Source: Acidimicrobiia bacterium (GTDB lineage: Bacteria; Actinomycetota; Acidimicrobiia; Acidimicrobiales; VFJN01). Taken from it: a stretch of 64,000 bases of DNA. The number at the start of each line of letters is the position of its first letter. Within the stretch, counting starts at the first letter, position 1. The notes beneath the pieces were generated by a model. The model did not search any database, was not told where the DNA came from, and saw nothing but the letters and a program-made list of their open reading frames with translations. This document shows, one piece after another, positions 8,442 through 17,825 of this stretch. The DNA lies in NCBI GenBank assembly GCA_046537875.1, contig JBKHJZ010000002.1:50-64049 (forward strand), read 5' to 3'. A program made the position numbers and the translations under genes.

Positions 8442-8912
8442 TCAGGTCGGCTTGGGCGCCGTGCGCTTGGTGAGCAGCGTCACCTCGCGGGCGAAGTCGG
8501 ACGGGTCGTCGAAGCCCTTGTAGACCGAGGCGAACCGCACCGCCGCCACCGCGTCGAGCTCGCGCAGGTGGTCGAGGACGGCGCGACCCACCCGTTCGCT
8601 CGTCACCTCGCTCCCCGGAAGGGCCCGCATCTCGTCCTCCACCGCGGCGGCCAGCGCCTCGGCTTCGCCGGCCCCCACCGGCCGGGCCGCCAGCGCGGCC
8701 CGGATGCCAGCGACGACCTTCGAGCGGTCGAACGGCTCGCGCGCTCCCGACCGCTTCACCACTGCGAGCCCGGCCACCTCTGGCCGCTCGAACGTGGTGA
8801 AGCGCTGGCCGCACGCCAGGCACTGCCGCCGCCGACGGATCGCCGTCCCGTCCTCGGACTGCCGCGAGTCGACCACCTTCGAGTCCAGCTCCCCGCAGGC
8901 CGCGCACCGCAC
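8442..8912 (-). CDS. nrdR: transcriptional repressor NrdR
   Basis: VRCAACGELDSKVVDSRQSEDGTAIRRRRQCLACGQRFTTFE is a zinc ribbon, followed by an ATP-cone (VKRSGAREPFDRSKV...). 156 aa from the GTG at 8910..8912. The track ORF (414 aa) over-extends upstream. Confidence 0.9.
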   Translation of the reverse strand: MRCAACGELDSKVVDSRQSEDGTAIRRRRQCLACGQRFTTFERPEVAGLAVVKRSGAREPFDRSKVVAGIRAALAARPVGAGEAEALAAAVEDEMRALPGSEVTSERVGRAVLDHLRELDAVAAVRFASVYKGFDDPSDFAREVTLLTKRTAPKPT

Positions 8913-8980
8913 GCCCCGCACGCTATCCGGCGCCGGCCCACCGCCCGCACGCCCGGGCCGGTGTGGCCCCACCGGGGAGC

Positions 8981-9397
8981 TCACCCGCTGACCAGGACGA
9001 GCTCCTCGCCCACCTCGAGCTGGGCACCGCCGTTCGCCGACCGGAGCGCGTCGACCACCGGCCGCGGGTCGCTCTCGGGAGCGATCCGGCGGGCGATGGT
9101 CCAGAGCGTGTCGCCCGGCTGCACGACATAGGTGTCGCCGGGCGCAGCGCGCAGGGGCACGGGACCGGCCTGCGGTGAGGGAGACGTGACATCGGCGGCG
9201 AACGCCGCGGCACCCGGTAGGCCGAGGGCCAGCACCGCTGCGGCGGCCAGGACCGCCAGACGGCGCCGCCGGATGCGAGCGTCGCGATCGGGCAGCGGGC
9301 GCGACCGGAGCCGGCCGTTCCCGACCGCACCCGGTGCAGCGACCGGGTGCGGGTACGGCCGCTCGGCGACCGGGGGGAGCGTCTGGATCGCAACCAT
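8981..9397 (-). CDS. LysM domain-containing secreted/membrane protein
   Basis: The ATG at 9395..9397 is preceded by GAGGAG. There is a hydrophobic segment (LAVLAAAAVLALGL) and a C-terminal LysM motif YVVQPGDTLWTIARRI. It occupies the conserved position between lexA and nrdR. Confidence 0.8.
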   Translation of the reverse strand: MVAIQTLPPVAERPYPHPVAAPGAVGNGRLRSRPLPDRDARIRRRRLAVLAAAAVLALGLPGAAAFAADVTSPSPQAGPVPLRAAPGDTYVVQPGDTLWTIARRIAPESDPRPVVDALRSANGGAQLEVGEELVLVSG

Positions 9398-9517
9398 GGT
9401 GGGAGTCTCCTCGCGGGGTGTGACACTCTGGGCGCTCCGGTGGGCGGTGGGCGCCGCTCGCCTCCGGGGGCTCGTAGCCCGGAGCCACGGGGGACGCCGG
9501 CGACGCCGCCGGAGCAC

Positions 9518-9531
9518 CGAACAGTCGTTCG
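9518..9531. promoter_or_regulatory. LexA (SOS) box 1
   Basis: CGAAC-AGTC-GTTCG is a perfect match to the Gram-positive/actinobacterial CGAAC-N4-GTTCG palindrome. Confidence 0.75.
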
Positions 9532-9545
9532 TCGCGAGGGAAGCA

Positions 9546-9559
9546 CGAACTGCCGTTCG
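9546..9559. promoter_or_regulatory. LexA (SOS) box 2
   Basis: CGAAC-TGCC-GTTCG is a perfect palindrome. On the minus strand it directly follows a TTGACG hexamer. Confidence 0.75.
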
Positions 9560-9574
9560 GCGTCAAGCCTCTTG

Positions 9575-9588
9575 CGAACGGATGTTTG
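9575..9588. promoter_or_regulatory. LexA (SOS) box 3 (one mismatch)
   Basis: CGAAC-GGAT-GTTTG. It overlaps the predicted lexA -35 element. Confidence 0.55.
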
Positions 9589-9614
9589 CCATCCGCGCCC
9601 GCCCCTGGTATCGT
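9586..9614 (+). promoter_or_regulatory. lexA promoter
   Basis: TTGCCA (9586..9591), a 17-nt spacer, then the extended -10 TGG-TATCGT (9606..9614). Confidence 0.5.
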
Positions 9615-9620
9615 CCGCAC

Positions 9621-9634
9621 GGAACGCACGTTCG
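9621..9634. promoter_or_regulatory. LexA (SOS) box 4
   Basis: GGAAC-GCAC-GTTCG has a perfect GAAC-N4-GTTC core. It lies just downstream of the predicted lexA -10 element. Confidence 0.75.
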
Positions 9635-9723
9635 CCGGCACGTTGCCGGCCCGGATCGCCCGGTGGCCCGGGCCTGCCAACCCCACACGTCATCCGACGC
9701 GTGCGGACGACGAGGAGACTGCA

Positions 9724-10359
9724 ATGCCCGACACCACCGTCCTGACACCCCGCCAGCGAGAGGTCCTCGAGATCATCGAGGTGCACATGCGCGAGCACGG
9801 CTACCCGCCGTCGGTGCGCGAGATCGGCCAGGCCGTCGGCCTCACCTCACCCTCCACCGTGCACGCGCACCTCGCAGCGCTCCAGCGCCGCGGCTACCTC
9901 CGTCGCGACCCCACCAAGCCCCGGGCGATCGAGGTGCGATGGGACCCGACCTCCAACGCCGTGATCGACCGGCGGCCGGTTCGCCACGTGCCCCTCGTGG
10001 GCGATGTCGCCGCCGGCACCGATGTGCTGGCGCAGGAGAACGTCGAAGAGGTGCTACCGCTCCCCGCCGACTTCACCGGCGACGGCGACCTGTTCATGCT
10101 CCGGGTGCGAGGCGATTCGATGATCGAGGCCGGCATCCTCGACGGCGACTACGTCGTGTGCCGGGCGCAGCCCACGGCGAACGAGGGCGACGTCGTCGTG
10201 GCCGGGATCCCGGGCGACGAGGCCACCGTCAAGACGTTCACCACACGCGACGACGCCATCGTGCTCGTGCCTGCCAACCAGCAGCACGAGCCGATCGTGA
10301 ACGACCCCGCCGACGTGCAGATCTACGGGCGCGTGGTCACCGTCATGCGGCGCCTCTGA
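9724..10359 (+). CDS. lexA: LexA repressor
   Basis: [35 protein letters not shown] is the wHTH domain. The cleavage/peptidase S24 domain follows (VAAG..., [26 protein letters not shown]). The ATG at 9724 is preceded by GAGGAG. Confidence 0.95.
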   Translation: MPDTTVLTPRQREVLEIIEVHMREHGYPPSVREIGQAVGLTSPSTVHAHLAALQRRGYLRRDPTKPRAIEVRWDPTSNAVIDRRPVRHVPLVGDVAAGTDVLAQENVEEVLPLPADFTGDGDLFMLRVRGDSMIEAGILDGDYVVCRAQPTANEGDVVVAGIPGDEATVKTFTTRDDAIVLVPANQQHEPIVNDPADVQIYGRVVTVMRRL

Positions 10360-11410
10360 CCAGCAGCTCTCGCAGTGCGGCGTAGACCGTCTCGAGGGTC
10401 TGCCTCTCCACCCGCTCCTGTGCGGTGTGGGCCAGCGTGGGGTCGCCCGGGCCGAGGTTGACGGCAGGAATGCCCTCGGCCGCGAACCGGGCGACGTCGG
10501 TCCATCCGAGCTTCGCTCGGACCGCGAGACCGTTCCGGTCCCGCAACGCGGCCAGGAGCGGGTGATCGAGGCCGGGGGCGGCCGCACCGGCAACGTCGAC
10601 CACCTCGACCTCGTCGCGCGTGCTCACGTACGGCGACAGCACCGACTGGACGTGGGCGCGAGCCTGCTCCACCGTCCGGTCGGGCGCGAACCGATGGTTC
10701 AGCGTGACGGTGCAGCGGTCGGGCACCACGTTGCCCGCCACACCGCCCTCCACCGCCACCGCCTGCAGCGCCTCCCGATACTCGCACCCGTGGATCACCG
10801 GCCGTCGCTCACGGTAGGTGCCCACCGCGGCCAGGAGGTGGCCCGCCCGGTGGATCGCGTTCTCGCCCATCCACGGGCGGGCGGTGTGGGCCCGAGCACC
10901 GGCCAGGTGGACGCGCACCCGCATCGTGCCCTGGCAGCCCGCCTCGATCACGCCCCCGGTGGGCTCGCCCAGCACCGCTGCGTCACCGGTCACGAGCTGG
11001 CGGTGCTCGGCGAACAGGTGCGCCAGGCCGTTGTGCACGGCCGCCACCTCCTCGCCCACGTAGAACACCCATGTCACGTCGATCGCCGGCTCGGCCACCG
11101 ACTCGGCGAGCGCGAGCATGACGGCGAGGCCGCCCTTCATGTCGGTCGCCCCGAGCCCCCACAGGACGTCCCCGTCCACCCGCGCCGCCGCCGTGCCGTT
11201 GGCCGGCACCGTGTCGAGATGGCCGGCAACCACCAGCCGTGCCGGCCGGCCCAGGGCCGTCCGCGCCACCACGTTCCCGCCGACCCGATGGACCTCCAGG
11301 TGGCCCAGGGCACGGAGCCGTGCTTCGACGTCATCGGCGATGGCGGCCTCCTCGAAGCTCTCCGACGGGATGTCGACGAGCTCGGCCGTCAGGGCGAGCA
11401 GATCTGGCAC
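10343..11410 (-). CDS. dapE: succinyl-diaminopimelate desuccinylase (M20 peptidase family)
   Basis: 355 aa with M20 motifs: [25 protein letters not shown]. It has the actinobacterial DapE length and context, divergent from dapD. GTG start. Its 3' end overlaps the lexA 3' end by 17 nt. Confidence 0.85.
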   Translation of the reverse strand: MPDLLALTAELVDIPSESFEEAAIADDVEARLRALGHLEVHRVGGNVVARTALGRPARLVVAGHLDTVPANGTAAARVDGDVLWGLGATDMKGGLAVMLALAESVAEPAIDVTWVFYVGEEVAAVHNGLAHLFAEHRQLVTGDAAVLGEPTGGVIEAGCQGTMRVRVHLAGARAHTARPWMGENAIHRAGHLLAAVGTYRERRPVIHGCEYREALQAVAVEGGVAGNVVPDRCTVTLNHRFAPDRTVEQARAHVQSVLSPYVSTRDEVEVVDVAGAAAPGLDHPLLAALRDRNGLAVRAKLGWTDVARFAAEGIPAVNLGPGDPTLAHTAQERVERQTLETVYAALRELLVRGAA

Positions 11411-11524
11411 GGGCGGCAGACTAGAGGCGGGCCGGTCGTTCGGGCGTCGTCGCCGGGCCAGGTGCCGCCGTCAACGCCGAGCACGCGCCGCCTCGTCCCC
11501 GGCGTGGCCGGCCAGGGAACTAGC

Positions 11525-12553
11525 GTGCACCCCGTGACCGAGTCGACCGATCACTCCCCTGGCGCCTGGGCCGTCGGGCTGGCCACCCTCGACCCGGACG
11601 GGCAGGTGCTCGACGCATGGTACCCGTCGCCCGCACTCGCCGGACCCGACGAGCTGCAGCGCGCGGCCGACAGCACCGGTGCCCCCGCCGGCGGCGCCAC
11701 CCGCCTCGACCCGTCCGCGGCCGCGTCGCTGCTGGACCTGAACGTGACCGGTGCCTGTGGACCCGACGACCGGCGGGGCGTCGATCGCGTCGCGGTCGCC
11801 ACGCTCGTCGAGAGCCTCGGCGCGCCCCCCACCGACCCGTACGACGCGTACCTCCGACTCCACCTGCTCTCGCACCGGCTCATCCCACCCCACGGAGCCA
11901 ACCTCCAGGGCATCTTCGGGGTCCTCACCAACGTGGTGTGGACCAGCGCCGGTCCCTGCCCGGTCGAGGGGTTCGAGCGGGTGCGGGCGGCGCTACGCGC
12001 CGCGGGCGAGTCCGTGCAGGTGCACGGCCTCGACAAGTTCCCCCGGATGACCGACTACGTCGTACCCAGCGGCGTCCGCATCGCGGACGCCGACCGCGTC
12101 CGGCTGGGTGCCCACGTCGCCAGGGGCACCACGGTGATGCACGAAGGCTTCATCAACTTCAACGCCGGAACCCTCGGCACCTCGATGGTCGAGGGTCGCA
12201 TCAGCCAAGGGGTCATCGTCGACGACGGCTCCGACGTCGGCGGCGGCGCGTCCATCATGGGCACCCTCTCGGGCGGCGGCACCGAGGTGATCCGCGTCGG
12301 CCGCCGGTGCCTCATCGGGGCCAACGCCGGCATCGGGATCTCGCTCGGCGACGACTGCGTGGTGGAGGCCGGCCTCTACGTCACCGCCGGGACGCGGGTC
12401 ACGCTGCCCGACGGTGCGGTGGTCAAGGCCGGCGAGCTCAGCGGCCGGAACGGGCTCCTCTACCGCCGGAACAGCGTCAGCGGCGCCGTCGAGACGCTGA
12501 ACCGGGAGGGTGGCGCGGTGGCGCTGAACGAGGCTCTGCACAGCAACGACTGA
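11525..12553 (+). CDS. dapD: 2,3,4,5-tetrahydropyridine-2,6-dicarboxylate N-succinyltransferase
   Basis: Actinobacterial DapD-like sequence: [12 protein letters not shown]..., [20 protein letters not shown]. Hexapeptide repeats follow: [29 protein letters not shown]. The start is GTG at 11525 or 11534. The track ORF start at 10427 is antisense to dapE. Confidence 0.85.
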   Translation: MHPVTESTDHSPGAWAVGLATLDPDGQVLDAWYPSPALAGPDELQRAADSTGAPAGGATRLDPSAAASLLDLNVTGACGPDDRRGVDRVAVATLVESLGAPPTDPYDAYLRLHLLSHRLIPPHGANLQGIFGVLTNVVWTSAGPCPVEGFERVRAALRAAGESVQVHGLDKFPRMTDYVVPSGVRIADADRVRLGAHVARGTTVMHEGFINFNAGTLGTSMVEGRISQGVIVDDGSDVGGGASIMGTLSGGGTEVIRVGRRCLIGANAGIGISLGDDCVVEAGLYVTAGTRVTLPDGAVVKAGELSGRNGLLYRRNSVSGAVETLNREGGAVALNEALHSND

Positions 12554-12572
12554 CCGGGCGCGTCGCGGCGTG

Positions 12573-13328
12573 TCACCAGGGGGACGTCGGAGCGCCCCCA
12601 GGCGGGCCGGCCCACCCCGGAGGCGACGGCGCAGCACCCGGCTGCGGGCCACCCCAACCCGGCGGCGGTCCACCCCAGCCCGCCGGCGGACCGCCCCAAC
12701 CCGGCGGCGGGGCTCCGCCCGGGGGAGGCGGTCTCCACGCAGAGCGGCGGGCGCGACTGCGGCGCACACCGACGACGATCGCAGTCACCACACCGCCGAC
12801 CACACCCGCCAGCCCCAGGGCACCGGCGACCGCGAACGACCGGGTGAGATCGTGACCGAAGCCGCGACCGACGGCCACCGTGATCCCCGGCTCACCGGAT
12901 GCCTCCACCGTGTATGGACCCGGTCGGTCCGCGTCGAACGAGTAGAGCGCCGTACCGTCACGGTCCCCCGTCGTGTAGGTCACCGTGCCGACGTAGGGCC
13001 TCAGTCGCACCGGCTCCCCCGCCGGGTCCGTGACCTCCACGTCGGGCGCGCGCGTGCGCCCGATCGGACCGATGTCGTGCTCGACGTAGATGGTGTAGCC
13101 ACCGGGCTCGTCGATCCGGACGTCGAACGTCGCCGGGACCGCCGCCCGGGCGAAGTCGTCGATCCTCTCGTACATCCGCACCACACCCATGACCGCCACC
13201 ACGATCGCGGCCACGATCCCTGTCACGGCGATGCCGGCGGCCGCCAGGAACCACCAGGCGGACGGGCGCACGCGCTCGGCCGGGAGCACCGGCGGCGGTG
13301 GGACCCCAGCGGCGGGGAGGGAGGTCAC
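12573..13328 (-). CDS. two-TM membrane protein with C-terminal PPxGWGG repeat tail
   Basis: The GTG at 13326..13328 overlaps the dapC stop (GTGA). Hydrophobic segments are WWFLAAAGIAVTGIVAAIVVAVMGVV and FAVAGALGLAGVVGGVVTAIVVGV. The tail reads PPPGWGGPPAGWGGPPPGWGGPQPG...PPGWAGPPGG. Confidence 0.6.
   Translation of the reverse strand: MTSLPAAGVPPPPVLPAERVRPSAWWFLAAAGIAVTGIVAAIVVAVMGVVRMYERIDDFARAAVPATFDVRIDEPGGYTIYVEHDIGPIGRTRAPDVEVTDPAGEPVRLRPYVGTVTYTTGDRDGTALYSFDADRPGPYTVEASGEPGITVAVGRGFGHDLTRSFAVAGALGLAGVVGGVVTAIVVGVRRSRARRSAWRPPPPGGAPPPGWGGPPAGWGGPPPGWGGPQPGAAPSPPGWAGPPGGAPTSPW
12649..12711. repeat. 3 x 21-bp tandem repeat encoding the PPxGWGG heptads
   Basis: CCACCCCAACCCGGCGGCGGT / CCACCCCAGCCCGCCGGCGGA / CCGCCCCAACCCGGCGGCGGG read directly on the plus strand. 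Confidence 0.85.
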
Positions 13329-14473
13329 CCGGCGCTTCCCCGCACCGGATGGCGCGACCGTCCGCGGGCCGTCGCGGCAGCCCCCTCCAGGCGCTCGACC
13401 ACCAGATCGAGCCGCTCGTCGGGCTGCACGACCGCGATCCTCACGTGTCCGGCACCGGCCTCCCCGTAGAACTCCCCGGGCGACACCACCGTGCCCGCCT
13501 CGGCCGCGAGCCGGGACGCCAGCGCCCATGCATCGCCCCCGGGCGCCGCCACCCACAGGTAGAACGTGGCGGGCGGTCGATGGCTCGGCACGCCGGCCGC
13601 GGTGAGCGCCGCCGCCAGCCGGTCGAGCCGCCGCAGGTAGCGCTCGCGCTGGGCCTCCACGTGGGCGTCGTCCCCGAGGGCGACGGTGGCGGCCGCCTGC
13701 ACGGGCCCCGGCACCATGAACCCCGCGTGCTTGCGGACCTCCGACAGGTAGCGGACCAGCTCGGGATCACCGGCGTAGAACCCGACCCGGGCACCCGCCA
13801 GGTTCGAGCGCTTCGACAGCGAGTGCAGGGCCACGACGCCGTCGACACCCTCCGACAGGATCGTCCGGCCGGGACCGTCCCAGGTGAACTCGATGTAGCA
13901 CTCGTCCGACAGGACCGGCACCCCGTGACGCCGACCCCATGCCGCGGCGGCGGCCAGGTCCGTCACCTCGCCGGTGGGGTTCGCGGGCGAGTTCACCCAG
14001 AGGCACAGCGCCCGCTCGGCCTCGGCGACCGGGATCTCCTCGGGGCGGGCGTACGGAACGGCCCGGCACCCGGCGAGGATCGCCCCCATCTCGTACGTCG
14101 GGTAGCTGATCTCGGGGTAGAGCACGGTGTCGCGCGCCGGCGCCCGCAGCCGCAGCCACTGCGGGACGCCGGCCACCAGCTCCTTGGTGCCGATGCAGGC
14201 CGCCACCGCCCCGGGGTCGACGGTCACGCCGAACCGCCGGCCGAGCCACCCGGCCGCAGCCTCCCGGAACGCCGCCGTCCCGATCGAGGGCGGGTAGCCG
14301 CGCTCGGCCCCCGACCGGGCGAGGGCCTCGACCACGATGCCCGGTGGCGGGTCGCACGGGGTGCCGATCGACAGGTCGACCGCACCGCCCGGGAGCGTGC
14401 CGGCGACCGCGCGCAGCTCGTCGAGCCGGTCGTACGGATACGGGGGCGGCACGAAGCCGCGGGACTCTGACAC
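13325..14473 (-). CDS. dapC: succinyldiaminopimelate aminotransferase (class I PLP aminotransferase)
   Basis: N-terminal FVPPPYPYDRLDEL, ANPTGEV, and the PLP-lysine motif SLSKRSNLAGARVGF. These resemble actinobacterial DapC. Confidence 0.8.
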   Translation of the reverse strand: MSESRGFVPPPYPYDRLDELRAVAGTLPGGAVDLSIGTPCDPPPGIVVEALARSGAERGYPPSIGTAAFREAAAGWLGRRFGVTVDPGAVAACIGTKELVAGVPQWLRLRAPARDTVLYPEISYPTYEMGAILAGCRAVPYARPEEIPVAEAERALCLWVNSPANPTGEVTDLAAAAAWGRRHGVPVLSDECYIEFTWDGPGRTILSEGVDGVVALHSLSKRSNLAGARVGFYAGDPELVRYLSEVRKHAGFMVPGPVQAAATVALGDDAHVEAQRERYLRRLDRLAAALTAAGVPSHRPPATFYLWVAAPGGDAWALASRLAAEAGTVVSPGEFYGEAGAGHVRIAVVQPDERLDLVVERLEGAAATARGRSRHPVRGSAG

Positions 14474-14499
14474 GTCGACCCTCCCTGCCTACCGCAAAG

Positions 14500-15786
14500 C
14501 TACGACACGAGGTACTCGCGCAACTGGCCGACCGTCGCGTCGTCGAACCGCCCGCGGATGTGCATGCCGCCCTCCCCCGGTGCTTCCCGCAGCACCTCAC
14601 CGGCCCGGTGCGCCGCCGCCAGAAGGTCCCCCCGGTCGAACGGGATCAGCAGCTCGACGACCGCGGTGAGCGAGCGGATCCGGTCGCCCAGCCGCCGGAC
14701 GAGCGCGTCGACCCCGTCACCGGTGCGGGCGCTGAACGCGACACCCCCCTCCCAGGCGTCGGCGAGCCGCTCCGCCGCCACGGGTGCCCGATCCGCCTTG
14801 TTGAAGGCGAGCAGCTCGGGCACGTCGCCGGCGCCGATCTCGGTCAGCACGGCCCGCACCGCGGCGATGTTGCCCGCCGGGTCGGGTGCGCTGGCATCGA
14901 CCACGTGGACGAGGAGGTCGGCGTCGACCGTGATGTCGAGCGTCGACTTGAAGGCCTCGACGAGCTGGTGGGGCAGCTTGCGGATGAACCCGACGGTGTC
15001 GGTGATCAGCACCGCCTCGCCGCCCGGCAGGTTCAGGCGACGCGTGGTGGGATCGAGGGTGGCGAACAGCCGGTCCTCGACCAGCACGCCGGCATCGGTG
15101 AGCCGGTTCAGCAGCGTCGACTTGCCGGCGTTCGTGTAGCCGACGAAAACCGCCCGCGGCAGCCGGCCGCGTCGCTGGGCCTTGCGCTGGGTGTCACGGT
15201 GGCGGGCGACGTCGCGCAGCTGGGCCTCGAGCTTGTGGATGCGTCGCTCGATGCGCCGGCGATCCACTTCGAGCTGGGTCTCACCCGGGCCCCGGGTGCC
15301 GATCCGGGCACCGCCCGCAGCCGACATCCCGCCCGCCTGCTGCGAGAGCGCGCGGCCCCGACCGCGCAGCCGGGGCAGCCGGTAGCGCAGCTGCGCGAGC
15401 TCCACCTGGGACTTGCCCTCCTGGCTGTGGGCGTTCTGGGCGAAGATGTCGAGGATCACAGCGGTCCGATCGATCGCAGTGCGGCCGAGCAGCTTCTCGA
15501 GGTTGAACTGCTGCGCCGGGGTGAGCTCGTTGTCGAACACGACCGTGTCGCAGTCGGTGGCCTCGGCCACCTCGCGCAGCTCCTCGGCCTTGCCCCGGCC
15601 GACGAAGGTGTGCGGGTCGGGTGCGTCCCGCCGCTGGAACACGCGGGCGACCTCGTCGGCGCCGGCCGTGTCGACGAGCAGCGACAGCTCGTCGACCGAC
15701 ACCTCGGTCTGCTCGGTGCTCTCCGGCGGCAGCGTGACCCCGACCAGCACGATCTTCTCGCGAAACGTCCGCTCGATCAGCGACAC
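14500..15786 (-). CDS. hflX: GTPase HflX
   Basis: The HflX N-domain (GKAEELREVAEATDCDTVVFDNELTPAQQFNLEKLL) is followed by the G-domain (GYTNAGKSTLLNRLT, DTVGFI, NKAD). Confidence 0.95.
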   Translation of the reverse strand: MSLIERTFREKIVLVGVTLPPESTEQTEVSVDELSLLVDTAGADEVARVFQRRDAPDPHTFVGRGKAEELREVAEATDCDTVVFDNELTPAQQFNLEKLLGRTAIDRTAVILDIFAQNAHSQEGKSQVELAQLRYRLPRLRGRGRALSQQAGGMSAAGGARIGTRGPGETQLEVDRRRIERRIHKLEAQLRDVARHRDTQRKAQRRGRLPRAVFVGYTNAGKSTLLNRLTDAGVLVEDRLFATLDPTTRRLNLPGGEAVLITDTVGFIRKLPHQLVEAFKSTLDITVDADLLVHVVDASAPDPAGNIAAVRAVLTEIGAGDVPELLAFNKADRAPVAAERLADAWEGGVAFSARTGDGVDALVRRLGDRIRSLTAVVELLIPFDRGDLLAAAHRAGEVLREAPGEGGMHIRGRFDDATVGQLREYLVS

Positions 15787-16757
15787 GGCGCCTCCTCGGT
15801 TCGCCCCGGCCCCCGGCCCACGGCCGCGTCGCCCGAGCCCGTGCCGGCCGGGACCCTGCCCGGCGGATCGGTGTCGATCGTGGCGACGAACGTCGCCGGG
15901 CCCCGGAGCACCGCCCCCTCACCCGGGGACGGACTGCCGGGCCCGGCGTCCGCTCCGGCCTCGGCCACCGCGCCCGCCTCTGCGCCGGCTCGGGCGGGCT
16001 CGGGCAGCGTCACCACCACGTCGCCGCCGGGCATGGCCACGCGCACGGTTCGGCCGGCCATGCCCCAGTGGTGGGCCGCGGCAGCGGCGGCGCACGCCCC
16101 GGTCCCGCACGCCGGGGTGGGGCCGACGCCGCGCTCGTAGGTCCGGATGCTCACCGCGTCGGTCCCGAGGGAACGCAGCAGGTGGACGTTCGCACCGCCG
16201 GCGATCTTCGCATTCGCCAGCTCCCCGAGCTCGACCAGGTCCGGTACGGCAGCGTCCGGGCCGACCAGCTCCAGCACGAGATGGGGGTTGCCGACGTCGA
16301 CGGCGACGGCACGGGCGACACCCGGCACGGCCCACTCCGGCGCGTCGGCACCGATGAGCACGCCGCCCATGTCGACGTCGAAGGTCTGCGTGACGGCATC
16401 GACGTCGTCGCCGCGTCGGACCGTTCGCAGGCCCGCATCGGTGAGGACCGGGATGTGGTCCCCGGCAGCCCAACCGGCGTGGACCAGCGCCTGCGCCAGG
16501 CACCGGATGCCGTTGCCGCTCATCTCGGCGCGTGACCCGTCGGCGTTCAGGAGCTCCATCGTCGCCACGGCGTGGTCGCTCGTGCCCGCGACACCGATCG
16601 CCCCGCCGGGGGTCGCCCGGATGACGCCGTCGGCACCGACGCCGGTGCGCCGGTCGCAGAGCCGGCGCACCTCTGCGGGCCCGATCGGACGGTCGCCGCC
16701 GGCGTCGAGCACGACGAGGAAGTCGTTCCCGAGGCCGTGGTGCTTGGTGAGCCGCAT
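15777..16757 (-). CDS. dapF: diaminopimelate epimerase
   Basis: MRLTKHHGLGNDFLVVLD plus a second catalytic-Cys region, GVGPTPACGTGACAAA. There is an Ala/Gly/Pro-rich C-terminal extension. It overlaps the hflX start by 10 nt. Confidence 0.9.
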   Translation of the reverse strand: MRLTKHHGLGNDFLVVLDAGGDRPIGPAEVRRLCDRRTGVGADGVIRATPGGAIGVAGTSDHAVATMELLNADGSRAEMSGNGIRCLAQALVHAGWAAGDHIPVLTDAGLRTVRRGDDVDAVTQTFDVDMGGVLIGADAPEWAVPGVARAVAVDVGNPHLVLELVGPDAAVPDLVELGELANAKIAGGANVHLLRSLGTDAVSIRTYERGVGPTPACGTGACAAAAAAHHWGMAGRTVRVAMPGGDVVVTLPEPARAGAEAGAVAEAGADAGPGSPSPGEGAVLRGPATFVATIDTDPPGRVPAGTGSGDAAVGRGPGRTEEAPCR

Positions 16758-16847
16758 GTCCCCCTCAGTCTGCCAGGGCGGGCGCCGCGGCAGGCTCGAT
16801 ATCCGATCCCCGCCCCGGCCACCATCGCCTCCGCCGGTCCGTCGACC

Positions 16848-17825
16848 TCAGGCGTTGTCCCGCCGCCATCCGATGGCGGACCCGACCGCGCCAACGAGCG
16901 CGCCCGGGTCGTCGGCCGGGTCGCCGCCGGGAACCCACACGATGCGCGGGTCGCGCCGGAACCAGGCTCGCTGGCGGCGGGCGAACCGGCGGGTGCGCCG
17001 GATGGCCAGCTCGAGCGCCTCGTCGAGCGTGCCCTCGCACTCGAGGTGCGCAAACAGCTCCTTGTAGCCGAGCGCCTGCCGGGCCGTGCGCGACACGCCG
17101 CGGGGGTCGGCGAGCAACCGGCGGGCCTCGTCGACGAAGCCGCCGGCCACCTGCCGGTGGTAGCGGTCGCGGATCCGCCGGGCCACCACCGGGGCGGGCA
17201 GGTCGATCCCGACGAGGCGGAACCGCGTCGGGGGGTACGTCTCGAGCCCCGGCCCGTAGGACGAGAACGGCCGCCCGCTGCCCACGGTGACCTCCAGCGC
17301 CCGGACGACCCGGCGGCGGTTCGTGGGTTCCATCCGCGCGGCGGCCGTGGGATCCAGGCGCACGAGGCGCTGGTGGAGCGCCCGGGTGTCCGGCTCCTGT
17401 TCGATCTCGGCCCGCACGTCCGGGTACCGGCCCGGCGGTCGCAGGTCGTCGACCACCGCGCGCACGTACAGGCCGGTTCCCCCGACCAGGAGTGCCCGGT
17501 GGCCACGCGACTCGATCGCCGCCAGCGCGGCGGCCGCGTGCTCCCGGTACGCGGACACGGTGAAGTCCTCCCAGGGCTCGGCGACGTCCAGCACGTGGTG
17601 GGGGACGTCGGCCCGCTCGGCGGGCGTCGGCTTGGCGGTGCCGATGTCCATCCCCCGGTAGACCTGCATCGAGTCCGCGGTCACGATCTCGATCGTGGGG
17701 TCCGCGCGGCCGAGGGCGAGCGCCACGGCGCTCTTGCCGGACGCGGTCGTGCCCACCAGCGCGGCGTGCCGGGGCGGGGGGCGGTCGTCCCGTGGGTCAC
17801 GCGGCTCGGCGGCTGGTTCCGACAC
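16848..17825 (-). CDS. miaA: tRNA dimethylallyltransferase
   Basis: P-loop LVGTTASGKSAVALAL, then TADSMQVYRGMDIGTAKP and LLVGGTGLY. The start is uncertain. I chose the GTG at 17823..17825 because the track start at 18077 is far upstream of the P-loop. Confidence 0.85.
   Translation of the reverse strand: MSEPAAEPRDPRDDRPPPRHAALVGTTASGKSAVALALGRADPTIEIVTADSMQVYRGMDIGTAKPTPAERADVPHHVLDVAEPWEDFTVSAYREHAAAALAAIESRGHRALLVGGTGLYVRAVVDDLRPPGRYPDVRAEIEQEPDTRALHQRLVRLDPTAAARMEPTNRRRVVRALEVTVGSGRPFSSYGPGLETYPPTRFRLVGIDLPAPVVARRIRDRYHRQVAGGFVDEARRLLADPRGVSRTARQALGYKELFAHLECEGTLDEALELAIRRTRRFARRQRAWFRRDPRIVWVPGGDPADDPGALVGAVGSAIGWRRDNA

Noticed and set aside
8442-9686. 414-aa ORF that would fuse nrdR to a long N-terminal extension across the LysM gene region.
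   Set aside because: The NrdR zinc ribbon begins at the in-frame GTG at 8912. The upstream part is low-complexity and overlaps, in another frame, the better-supported LysM gene, which has its own GAGGAG site.
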